Origin: an uncultured Anaeromyxobacter sp.
GTDB lineage: Bacteria > Myxococcota > Myxococcia > Myxococcales > Anaeromyxobacteraceae
NCBI GenBank assembly: GCA_903874275.1
Contig: CAIQRS010000027.1
Span: forward strand, 1 to 32,000
Direction of reading: 5' to 3'
DNA: 32,000 nt
A program made the position numbers and the translations under genes. This document shows, in pieces, positions 10,019-17,739 of the stretch; the first letter of the stretch is position 1; each line of letters begins with the position of its first letter. Under the pieces are notes generated by a model. It saw nothing but the letters and a program-made list of their open reading frames with translations, did no database searches and had not been told where the DNA came from.

Positions 10019-12769
10019 ATGCGCCTTCTCCCCGGATTCCGCATCGCAGCAGCGCTCTCCCTCCTCCTCTCCGCCTCCCCGGCCCTCGCCTTCAACAGCA
10101 AGGTGAAGGGGAAGCCGGTGCCCTACCAGGGCTACTCGGCGCAGGGCCCCTCGGGCCTGCGGGTCGTGGCCTACGAGATCCCGGTCTCGCCGCGGGCCAC
10201 GGTCGGCGTCTCCTACCGGGCCGGTTCCTCCGACGACCCGCCGGGCAAGGAGGGGCTGGCGCACCTGGCGGAGCACCTGGCCTTCCGCGGACGCCCGGGC
10301 GGCGGGCTCCGCATCTGGGACCGGCTCGAGGCCGCCGGCGTCGAGTTCAACGCCTTCACCACCCACGACCACACCACCTACTACTCGGCCGGTCGCACCG
10401 ACCAGCTCATCGAGATGGCCGCCGCCGAGGTGGCGCGGCTGCGCGATCCGCTGGCCGGGATCGACGAGCAGGAGTTCCTGACCGAGCGGGAGGTGGTGCT
10501 CTCCGAGATCCGGCAGCGGCAGGACCACTCCCCCGACGTCGTGCAGCTGGAGTGGCTGGCCGCGATGGGGATGGGGGGCCACCCGTACGGCCGGTCGATC
10601 GCCGGGACCGAGGCGTCGCTCCGGAGCATCAGCCTCGCCGACGTCCGCGCCTGGATGAAGGTGCACTACACGCCGGACCGGGCCATCGCCGTCCTCTGCT
10701 CCCCGCTCCCGGCCAAGGAAGCCGCCCAGGCCTTCGCGACCCGGTTCGACGACCTCTTCTTCGGGAGTGGCCCCTCACCCACCCGCGTGACCCCGGCGCC
10801 CCGTTCGCCTCCGCCGGCGCCGAAGCTCCCGGACGCCGTCGCCCTGCAGACCCGGAGCGGCCCCGTCGAGCGGCCGACCCTCTGGGTGGGATGGATCGTG
10901 CCCGGGCAGTTCGCCGGCCAGCGCGCCCGGGCCATCGCCGCGACGAACTACGTCTCCTCGCTCGCCGGCGGCTCGATCCGGGCCCTCAAGACCGGGGACG
11001 GCGAGCGCTACGTCGATGGTGTGAGCGCCGGGATCTGGGAGCTGGACGCCGCGACGCTGGTCTACGCGCGCATCGAGCTGCGCAACGAGGCCGACGCGCA
11101 GTGGGTCCTCGACAAGGTGAAGGGCTCCCTCTTCCAGGCCCGCGACAGCTTCGGCGTCATGGGGCAGCTCTCCCGCGACACGCTGCTCGTCGATCACTAC
11201 ACGGCGCTCGAGGAGAACGGCGCGGTCGGCGAGATCGCCCAGCACCTGCGCCTCCACGGCGACCCGGACTACCTGGGTGGCTGGCAGCGGCAGATCGGCG
11301 CCCAGCTCACCGAGGGGATCGACGAGTACGTCCGGGAGCACTTCCAGGGGGATCGCACCCTCGGCCTGCTCGTCCTGCCCGACAAGAATCCCCGCCTGGC
11401 CGGCTCATCGGGCGTAGCCGGGGGCGACCTCCCTCCCGCGTCGCTCGACGGCGCCTGGAAGGCGCCCTCCCGCAGCATCCTCGAGGTGGCCCGGGCGCCC
11501 GGGCTCGACAAGGTGCAGCGGCGCCGCCTGGCGAACGGCCTCGAGGTCGTCGTGGCGCGGCGCGGGGCCGCGCCGGTGGCGGAGGTGAAGGTCGCCTTCC
11601 GCACGGATCTCGACGGGTCGCCGGCCTTCCCATCGGGCACGATGGCGCTGTCGCTCGCCTCCCTGAGCTCCGCCGACCTGGCCCTCGAGAAGGTGCAGTA
11701 CGGGATCCTGGCCAGGACCTACCGGGCCCCGGGCCAGGTGATCCGCACCGAGCGGGGATCTGCTGGCAACCTCGACAAGATCCTGGAGTTCACCGGACGC
11801 TGGGTCCGGAACCTGTCGGTGGGCGACCGGCTGGGGCGGATGAAGGACGAGCTCGTCCGCAGCCTCGCCATCAACCGCCAGCGCCCGGCCCGGCTCGGGG
11901 AGGACGCCCTCATGGCCGGTCTCTTCCCGGGAAGTCCGCTCGGCACCAGTCCCACCGAGGACTCGGTGCGCTCGGTGACCGGGGCGCAGGTCGATGCCTG
12001 GACCGAGGCGAGCCTCAGGCCGGAGCGGGCCACGCTCGTCGTGGTGAGCAGCATGGAACCGGACGCCGAGATGTGGGAGGCCATCGAGAGCGAGTTCGGC
12101 GGCTGGAAGGGCTCCGGCAAGGCGCGGGAGCCGGAGGCGGCGATCCCCGCGGCTCCGGCCGGCCGCACGCTCGTGCTGGTGGACCAGCCGGGAGCCACCC
12201 AGCCGCTCCTCCGGATCGGCGTCGCGTCACCGCAGCAGGGCGGGCGCGACGACACGGCCCGGGACACGCTCGCCGAGTACCTCTCCTGGACGCTCCAGCG
12301 CCACCTCCGCATGGAGAACGGCGTGACCTACGGGATCTCGGCGCGGTGGCGGGAGCTCGAGCCCGCCGACCCGCTGATCGTGCAGATGGCGGTCGCCGAC
12401 GGCGCGCTCGTCCCCTCCCTGCGCGCCATCCTCGACGCCCTGGCCGACGTCGCGGCGAAGCCGGCGCCCGACCTCGACGTCCAGCGGGCGCGCTGGAATG
12501 TGGCGCGGGGCCTCACCCTCGGCTTCGACACCGTCCGGGCCTCGGCCGCCGAGCTCGCCGACATGTCGCTGCGCAAGCGCCCCCCCGACTACTGGGAGCG
12601 CTACCCGGCCTCGCTGGCGTCGGTGGACCCGGCGCGCGTCCAGGCCGCCGCGAAGGGGCTCGCGGTGGGCAAGGAGGTCGTGGTGATCGTGGGCGACGCC
12701 GCGCGGCTCCGCCCGCTCATCGAGAAGGCCGGGTTCCGGGTGGACCGGGTGGTGACGGCGAAGCGCTGA
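10019..12769 (+). CDS. Secreted M16 (pitrilysin/insulinase) family zinc peptidase, double-length
   Basis: 916 aa. Signal peptide MRLLPGFRIAAALSLLLSASPALA. Inverted zinc motif HLAEHLAF (HxxEH) near the N-terminus. The length is consistent with two M16 active/inactive domain pairs. Confidence 0.9.
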   Translation: MRLLPGFRIAAALSLLLSASPALAFNSKVKGKPVPYQGYSAQGPSGLRVVAYEIPVSPRATVGVSYRAGSSDDPPGKEGLAHLAEHLAFRGRPGGGLRIWDRLEAAGVEFNAFTTHDHTTYYSAGRTDQLIEMAAAEVARLRDPLAGIDEQEFLTEREVVLSEIRQRQDHSPDVVQLEWLAAMGMGGHPYGRSIAGTEASLRSISLADVRAWMKVHYTPDRAIAVLCSPLPAKEAAQAFATRFDDLFFGSGPSPTRVTPAPRSPPPAPKLPDAVALQTRSGPVERPTLWVGWIVPGQFAGQRARAIAATNYVSSLAGGSIRALKTGDGERYVDGVSAGIWELDAATLVYARIELRNEADAQWVLDKVKGSLFQARDSFGVMGQLSRDTLLVDHYTALEENGAVGEIAQHLRLHGDPDYLGGWQRQIGAQLTEGIDEYVREHFQGDRTLGLLVLPDKNPRLAGSSGVAGGDLPPASLDGAWKAPSRSILEVARAPGLDKVQRRRLANGLEVVVARRGAAPVAEVKVAFRTDLDGSPAFPSGTMALSLASLSSADLALEKVQYGILARTYRAPGQVIRTERGSAGNLDKILEFTGRWVRNLSVGDRLGRMKDELVRSLAINRQRPARLGEDALMAGLFPGSPLGTSPTEDSVRSVTGAQVDAWTEASLRPERATLVVVSSMEPDAEMWEAIESEFGGWKGSGKAREPEAAIPAAPAGRTLVLVDQPGATQPLLRIGVASPQQGGRDDTARDTLAEYLSWTLQRHLRMENGVTYGISARWRELEPADPLIVQMAVADGALVPSLRAILDALADVAAKPAPDLDVQRARWNVARGLTLGFDTVRASAAELADMSLRKRPPDYWERYPASLASVDPARVQAAAKGLAVGKEVVVIVGDAARLRPLIEKAGFRVDRVVTAKR

Positions 12770-12835
12770 TCGACTGGCGAGCCTCGCGTACGTCCGGTTC
12801 CTGGATCTGCTACGTACGGGAAGGGGAGGCATCGG

Positions 12836-13777
12836 ATGGGTGGTGACTTGCAAGATTGGCGCGTCCTCCTGTGCGCGGCGCTCCTCCTTGGCTTCACCGG
12901 CAGCCCGGCGCCGGCCGTCGCGCAGGCTCCCCGGAACCTGTTTCCCGTGAAGCCGGTGGTCTGGGACCCCGCGCCGCCGGACCGCAGCCTCGGCATCGGC
13001 AACGGCCGTTTCTTCTCCTACGCCCTCCCGCCGGGCTGGCGCGTCGGGGAGGACGGCCAGTACGCCTTGACCCTTGCCGCGCCGGACAGCAGGGCCTTCA
13101 CGGTGATGGTGGGCAACGCGGGGCTCCCCCTCGACCATCCGTGCGGCCGGTTCGTCCACGACAAGCTCTCGGCACTGAAGCCGGAGAACCTCCAGATCGG
13201 GCAGCCCCGGAAGGCGGCTCCGATCGCCGGCTTCGCCCACGCCTACCAGTTCGACGTCACCTACTCCATCCGCGGCGTGGCCTGCCGCGGGACCGTCAAG
13301 TGTCACGTCGCCCCGGCCTACGACACCGTGGTGATGGCGATGACCGCGGCACTTTCCGAGGCCAGCCAGTGGCCGGGGTACGCTTCCTGGCTGCCCCTGG
13401 TCGCCGAGCAGATCTCCGCCACCAGTGGCGCCGCCTTCGGAAGGCGCGGGATCATGGCCCAGAATCTGAAGGACTCCGCCGCGTACGCCGAGGCGGCTCG
13501 CCAGTACCGCGACTGGTCCCGGCGCACCTGGCAGCAGGTGGCCGACGACAGGAACGCCTCCCAGGACCGCAAGGCGTACCAGGTGCGGGAGAACCTCGGC
13601 GCCGTCCAGACCTACGTGAATCCCTTCGGGACGGGCGCGCCGGTGCAGCTGCCCACGACCTACAAGTACTACTGGAGCGACGACCAGGGCGGCTTTCTCG
13701 GGAGCAACGACCCGAGCGCCAACCCCAACCTGGGCTCCACCACCGAATGGAAACGGATGGCGCCGTACAATCCGTGA
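12836..13777 (+). CDS. Secreted hypothetical protein (paralogue of the next gene)
   Basis: ATG 12836 preceded by GGGGAGG. Signal peptide ...VLLCAALLLGFTGSPAPAVAQA. 313 aa with no recognisable catalytic motif. Its domain and tail organisation is shared with 13799..15268. Confidence 0.8.
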   Translation: MGGDLQDWRVLLCAALLLGFTGSPAPAVAQAPRNLFPVKPVVWDPAPPDRSLGIGNGRFFSYALPPGWRVGEDGQYALTLAAPDSRAFTVMVGNAGLPLDHPCGRFVHDKLSALKPENLQIGQPRKAAPIAGFAHAYQFDVTYSIRGVACRGTVKCHVAPAYDTVVMAMTAALSEASQWPGYASWLPLVAEQISATSGAAFGRRGIMAQNLKDSAAYAEAARQYRDWSRRTWQQVADDRNASQDRKAYQVRENLGAVQTYVNPFGTGAPVQLPTTYKYYWSDDQGGFLGSNDPSANPNLGSTTEWKRMAPYNP

Positions 13778-13798
13778 AGTCGGCAGGGGGGAGCAGCC

Positions 13799-15268
13799 AT
13801 GTCGAAGTCCATCGGTTTCACCTTGCTCTTCCGGTCGATGGTCGGCGGCGCACTCGCGGCAGCGGTCGCACTTCCGCTGGCGGCCTGCTCGTCGGGGCAG
13901 GCCGATGCGGCCCCGGCAGGATACGAGGTCGTCCGCGCCATCGACTCCGGCAAGGCGCTGTCCAGGCGCGTCCCGCAGGCCAAGACGGTTCGTGACGCCC
14001 TGCGAACGACCTTGGCGGATCTGGAACGGTACTTCGGCTCGAAGGTGCACCTGCGAGGAGCCTACGAGGACACCCGGGATCACCTGGCCGGCGGCGCCGG
14101 GTTCCAGGGGCAATTCGGGGGGCGGCCGATCCAGGGCATCATCTCCTGCCGGGTCGGCCCGGACGGCGCCTTCGTCGTCGTGGTCTATGCAAATGGCGAC
14201 GCGCCCCGGAGCGAATGGGCGCAGCTCCTCGCGGCCTCGCCCAGCGAGGGCTCCAGGCCGGATTCCCGGACCGCGGAGGCGGCCAGCTCCCCACCAGGGG
14301 CGGCGTCCTTGAAGCCCTACAAGTTCCCCGATGGAACCGGGATGATGGGCATCGCCGACGGCTGGCGCACCAGCGCCCAGTCGTGTGCCGGCCCGGTTCT
14401 GGTGCAGGGCCCAGCCGATCAGTCCGTCGGGATGGGACTCAGCTGGAGCGTGAGCACCCCCGATTCACTGGCGGTTCAGAACCATCGGCAGATGGTGGCG
14501 ACCGCGCGGCAGCTCGGCTCCCCGCCTCCCCGGTTCGAGATGCTGGTGGCGCCCTTCTCCGGGCCGCTGGATGCGATCAAGAACCTCGCGCCGCAGCTGA
14601 GCGAGATGGCGGCTCGCACGGGCGGACGGCCCTTCCAGATCGACAAGCCGGCTCTCGGTCAGGAGATGCGCCCGAGCGTCGCAGGCGGCAGGGCGGCGAT
14701 GGTCACCTACGGCTTGTCGGAGAAGGGTGCCGACGGGCGCGTCCGGCACTACCGGGCCGAGGCCTACCTCGAAACGAGCCCTCTCGGACAGGGAGCCTGG
14801 ATGATGCAGGGGGTCATCATCCGAGCCCCCGACGCCTCCTTCGAGCGCGACCTGCCGACGATGCGGGCGATGGTGTACTCGCTGAGGGAGGATGCCCAGG
14901 TCATCCAGCAGAAGACGCAGCAGGCCTTGAACGCCCAGAACCAGTGGTTCCAGGCGCAGCAGCAGGCTCATCGGCAGCAGGTCGAGGGGTTCGAGCGCCA
15001 GCAGCAGGCGCACCGGGAGGCGACGAAGGCCCGCGACCGACAGAACAAGGACTGGGAGAAGAACCAGAACGCGACGTCGCGAACGCACGACGACTACGAC
15101 GAGGTGCTCCGCGGTTACCGGACGGTCGAGGACACGCGCAGCGGGGTCAAGACCAGCGTCGATCTGGGAAACGTGGACGTCATCGTGGACAAGCTGAACG
15201 AGGCTGACCCCGGCCGGTATCGACAGATCCCCCTGCGCGACGAGATGAACCCCCTTCCCGGACGGTAG
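13799..15268 (+). CDS. Hypothetical lipoprotein with Gln-rich coiled-coil-like segment
   Basis: 489 aa. Lipobox LPLAAC|SS. Internal Gln-rich stretch QQKTQQALNAQNQWFQAQQQAHRQQVEGFERQQQAHRE. The C-terminal half resembles the preceding gene. Confidence 0.8.
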   Translation: MSKSIGFTLLFRSMVGGALAAAVALPLAACSSGQADAAPAGYEVVRAIDSGKALSRRVPQAKTVRDALRTTLADLERYFGSKVHLRGAYEDTRDHLAGGAGFQGQFGGRPIQGIISCRVGPDGAFVVVVYANGDAPRSEWAQLLAASPSEGSRPDSRTAEAASSPPGAASLKPYKFPDGTGMMGIADGWRTSAQSCAGPVLVQGPADQSVGMGLSWSVSTPDSLAVQNHRQMVATARQLGSPPPRFEMLVAPFSGPLDAIKNLAPQLSEMAARTGGRPFQIDKPALGQEMRPSVAGGRAAMVTYGLSEKGADGRVRHYRAEAYLETSPLGQGAWMMQGVIIRAPDASFERDLPTMRAMVYSLREDAQVIQQKTQQALNAQNQWFQAQQQAHRQQVEGFERQQQAHREATKARDRQNKDWEKNQNATSRTHDDYDEVLRGYRTVEDTRSGVKTSVDLGNVDVIVDKLNEADPGRYRQIPLRDEMNPLPGR

Positions 15269-15282
15269 GCGCGGCCTGGCGT

Positions 15283-16602
15283 CTACTCCGGACGCAGCTG
15301 CAGGCGGGCCTGCGACTTGAACGTGGGCTGCAGGTCGGTCCCGTCCGCGCCGGAGACCCGTCCGAACTCCAGGTCCACGGTGAGCAGGTGGGGTGGCTTT
15401 CCCAGCAAGAGGTGGCCGGAGATTCGAACGTAGGCCTGGCCGTCGCTGGCCCGGCCGGTGCGCATCCCCTCGAAGGAGACCCGGTCGCCGTCGCGCGTGG
15501 CCCGCACGGTCATGGGAAAGAAGCCGGGTGACTGGTTCGCGGGCGCGAAGGTGAACGAGTCCCGCGGTCCCAGGTACCACTTCGCCTCGCCCACGAGGGA
15601 GCGGCCGTGCCCGCGAGCCTCGGGACTTCCGAGGTACTGGTTGAAGGCCAGGACCTCGGCCGTCGCGAAGGCGAGGCGCTGCTCGGCGGGTTTCGGGGGA
15701 GCGTGGTCCGTGCGCGCGGGCTCGGCCGTGGCCACCGCCGCGGGCGGCGAATGGGGCACCTTCGCCGGCGCCGGGGCCCTCGACGGGGGCGAGCCGTTCC
15801 CGGGCGGCGGGCGGGCGGGGGCCTTCACCGGGGATGGCTTCGGCGGGGCGACGGCCGCCGAGGGAACGGCCACCGGCGAGGCATGAGCGGTGGATTCAGG
15901 GGGCGCGGCAGGCGCGACGGGCCCGCCCGACTTCCCCACCGGAATCGTCGCTGCAGGAGGCGCGGTGGCTGCGGGGGGAGCGTCGGGTCTTCCCTCCCGG
16001 AGGGTCAGGACCGCGACGACGCCCCCGATCGTGGCGAGAATGGCGGCTGCCGCGAGCCCGACCCAGAGCCGCCTGCGAGAACCCGACCCGGACTGGCCGA
16101 CCCTTCTCTTCAGGGTCTCGACGAGCTGCGAGACGTTGTGGTCCCAGTCCTGCTCGGTGAGCTGGAGGCATTGCCGGCTCAGCAGGCCGTTCAGCGACTC
16201 GGGGAGGTCGTCCTCGGCAGGGAGCGCCGCTCCTCCGACGAGCACGGGGATCACGAGGACGTCCGGGCGGCGCAGCGCCGTCCCGATCTCCAGGGCCACC
16301 ACGTCCCGCGGGTCCTTGAGCCGGCGCCTCCCCGCGGCGTCCGTCACCCCCGCCCACGCCTTCCCGATGAGGACCAGGACCACCTTGCAGCTCCCCACCG
16401 TGTGCTCGATCTCCTCCAGGTAGTTCACGCCTGGTGCGAGCCCCTTCACGTCCATGAAGACCTGGCCGGGGAAGGCGCGCTCCAGCGCGTAGAGCAGCGC
16501 GCGGGCCTGGCCGCCGCTGTCCTCGCGCCGGTAGTTGACGAAGATGGCGCGGCTGGGATCGGAACGCTCCCCGTGCCTCGCCTCCCCGGTCCCCTGGCTC
16601 AC
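15283..16602 (-). CDS. Membrane-anchored TIR-domain protein: N-terminal TIR, one TM helix, Pro/Ala-rich spacer, C-terminal domain of unknown fold
   Basis: The last 439 codons of track ORF 15283..17697. GTG 16602-16600 overlaps the RyR gene stop (GTGA), with GGGAAGGGAGGGG upstream. TIR_2-like motifs: IFVNYRREDS, VFMDV, CKVVLVLIGKAW, DVVALEIGTAL, VIPVLVGGAALP. The TM helix follows RRR (LWVGLAAAAILATIGGVVAVLTL). A Pro/Ala-rich segment of ~100 aa follows, then a ~130-aa beta-rich tail. Confidence 0.88.
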   Translation of the reverse strand: MSQGTGEARHGERSDPSRAIFVNYRREDSGGQARALLYALERAFPGQVFMDVKGLAPGVNYLEEIEHTVGSCKVVLVLIGKAWAGVTDAAGRRRLKDPRDVVALEIGTALRRPDVLVIPVLVGGAALPAEDDLPESLNGLLSRQCLQLTEQDWDHNVSQLVETLKRRVGQSGSGSRRRLWVGLAAAAILATIGGVVAVLTLREGRPDAPPAATAPPAATIPVGKSGGPVAPAAPPESTAHASPVAVPSAAVAPPKPSPVKAPARPPPGNGSPPSRAPAPAKVPHSPPAAVATAEPARTDHAPPKPAEQRLAFATAEVLAFNQYLGSPEARGHGRSLVGEAKWYLGPRDSFTFAPANQSPGFFPMTVRATRDGDRVSFEGMRTGRASDGQAYVRISGHLLLGKPPHLLTVDLEFGRVSGADGTDLQPTFKSQARLQLRPE

Positions 16603-16913
16603 CGCGCCCCTCCCTTCCCGGACGGACCGTGGATGCCGAAGCCGAGCGCACAGAGGGCCTTCAGGGTCTCGCCCACCGCGATGCGGTCGTACTTCTTCTC
16701 CTCCTCGGGGAGTTCCTCGTAGGGCACCAGGCTGGGGTGGAGCCTGGCCGCCTCGTCGCGGTGCGGACCCCACCGCCACCCGTCCGAGAGCCGCTCCAGG
16801 GCCCAGGCCTCGTGGGCGTTGCGGGCGAGCAGTTCCAGGACGGCCGCCACCTCGGCGGGCAACCGCACCGTCGCGGTGTCCAGGGGTGCGGGTTGATATC
16901 GTTTGGACGGCAT
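16599..16913 (-). CDS. Small RyR (ryanodine-receptor repeat, Pfam RyR-like) domain protein
   Basis: 104 aa from ATG 16913 (the track start 16925 is a TTG). LLARNAHEAWALERLSDGWRWGPHRDEAARLHPSLVPYEELPEEEKKYDRIAVGETLKALCALGFGI matches the bacterial RyR-domain pattern (HE.W....GW.yG......k.HP.lvPy.eLpeeeK.yDR). Confidence 0.85.
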   Translation of the reverse strand: MPSKRYQPAPLDTATVRLPAEVAAVLELLARNAHEAWALERLSDGWRWGPHRDEAARLHPSLVPYEELPEEEKKYDRIAVGETLKALCALGFGIHGPSGKGGAR

Positions 16914-16982
16914 GACCGGACCCAACTCTCGCGCACCTCTGGTGGAATTTCACAATGCCTCGTTCATGGTAGCTTCGAGGGA

Positions 16983-16992
16983 CCCATATGGG
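16983..16992. repeat. Perfect 10-bp palindrome CCCATATGGG in the divergent intergenic region
   Basis: Read directly from the sequence. It lies in the 136-bp, visibly AT-richer spacer between the RyR/TIR and OMP/SLATT operons. Function unknown (candidate operator). Confidence 0.3.
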
Positions 16993-17049
16993 CGGGGACG
17001 AGGGGGCAGCGATCGGGCACTCTCGGGCTCCATCGACGGGGGGCGCACG

Positions 17050-17739
17050 ATGAAGCGACTTTGCGTGGTGTTGTTCCTGGCCGTGGGGATCCTCTCCGCG
17101 GGGCGCGCGTCGGCGCAACAGGGGGTTGACCCGTTCCTCAAGTCGGCGCCCCCGGGGCCACCCGAGAGCGGCGTCTCCATCGGGTTGAGCGTCGGGTACG
17201 CGCTGCCCATGGGCAACGTCAGCGGCTCCCAGCCGATGAGCGACCTCTTCAGCGGGGCCCTCCCGCTCCAGCTCGACGTGGGGTGGCGCTTCACGCCGAA
17301 TCTCTACGCGGGAGCCTTCTTCCAGTACTCGTTCGGCTTCCTCAGCTCCTTGCAGAACGCGGCGTGCACCGCAAACGGCTGGACGAGCTGCACTGGTGGT
17401 GACATGCAGTTCGGCCTGGACTTCGTCTACACCTTCCTGCCCTACGCGACGTTCGCGCCCTACGTGGGGCTGGGCGTGGGCTGGGAGATCGCGACCCTCA
17501 GCTACTCGGGCTCGAACCAGTCCATCTCGGAGTCGGTCTCGGGATTCCAGTTCGCGCGCATCCTCGTGGGCGGGGACTTCCGGGTGGGGTCGGCCTTCCG
17601 GGTCGGGCCCTTCGTGAACTTCTCCTTGGGCCAGTTCAGCAGCCTGAGCTCCCCGGACCCGGCCGCCAACGGCACGATCGCCAACAAGGCGCTCCACGAG
17701 TGGCTCCAGTTCGGGATCAAGGGCACCGTCGACCTGTGA
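17050..17739 (+). CDS. Small outer-membrane beta-barrel protein (OmpW/OMP_b-brl-like)
   Basis: ATG 17050, 229 aa. Signal peptide MKRLCVVLFLAVGILSAGRASA|QQ. Alternating amphipathic strands (LQLDVGWRFTP, MQFGLDFVYTF, YVGLGVGWEI, FRVGPFVNFSLG, WLQFGIKGTVDL). One Cys pair, CTANGWTSC. Confidence 0.8.
   Translation: MKRLCVVLFLAVGILSAGRASAQQGVDPFLKSAPPGPPESGVSIGLSVGYALPMGNVSGSQPMSDLFSGALPLQLDVGWRFTPNLYAGAFFQYSFGFLSSLQNAACTANGWTSCTGGDMQFGLDFVYTFLPYATFAPYVGLGVGWEIATLSYSGSNQSISESVSGFQFARILVGGDFRVGSAFRVGPFVNFSLGQFSSLSSPDPAANGTIANKALHEWLQFGIKGTVDL

Noticed and set aside
15283-17697. Single 804-aa ORF suggesting one giant TIR-containing protein
   Set aside because: Only the last 439 codons look like real protein. 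The upstream part is antisense to the OMP gene (17050..17739), crosses the AT-rich spacer, and overlaps the well-formed RyR gene in another frame. An internal GTG with a strong SD and a GTGA overlap gives a coherent start at 16602.
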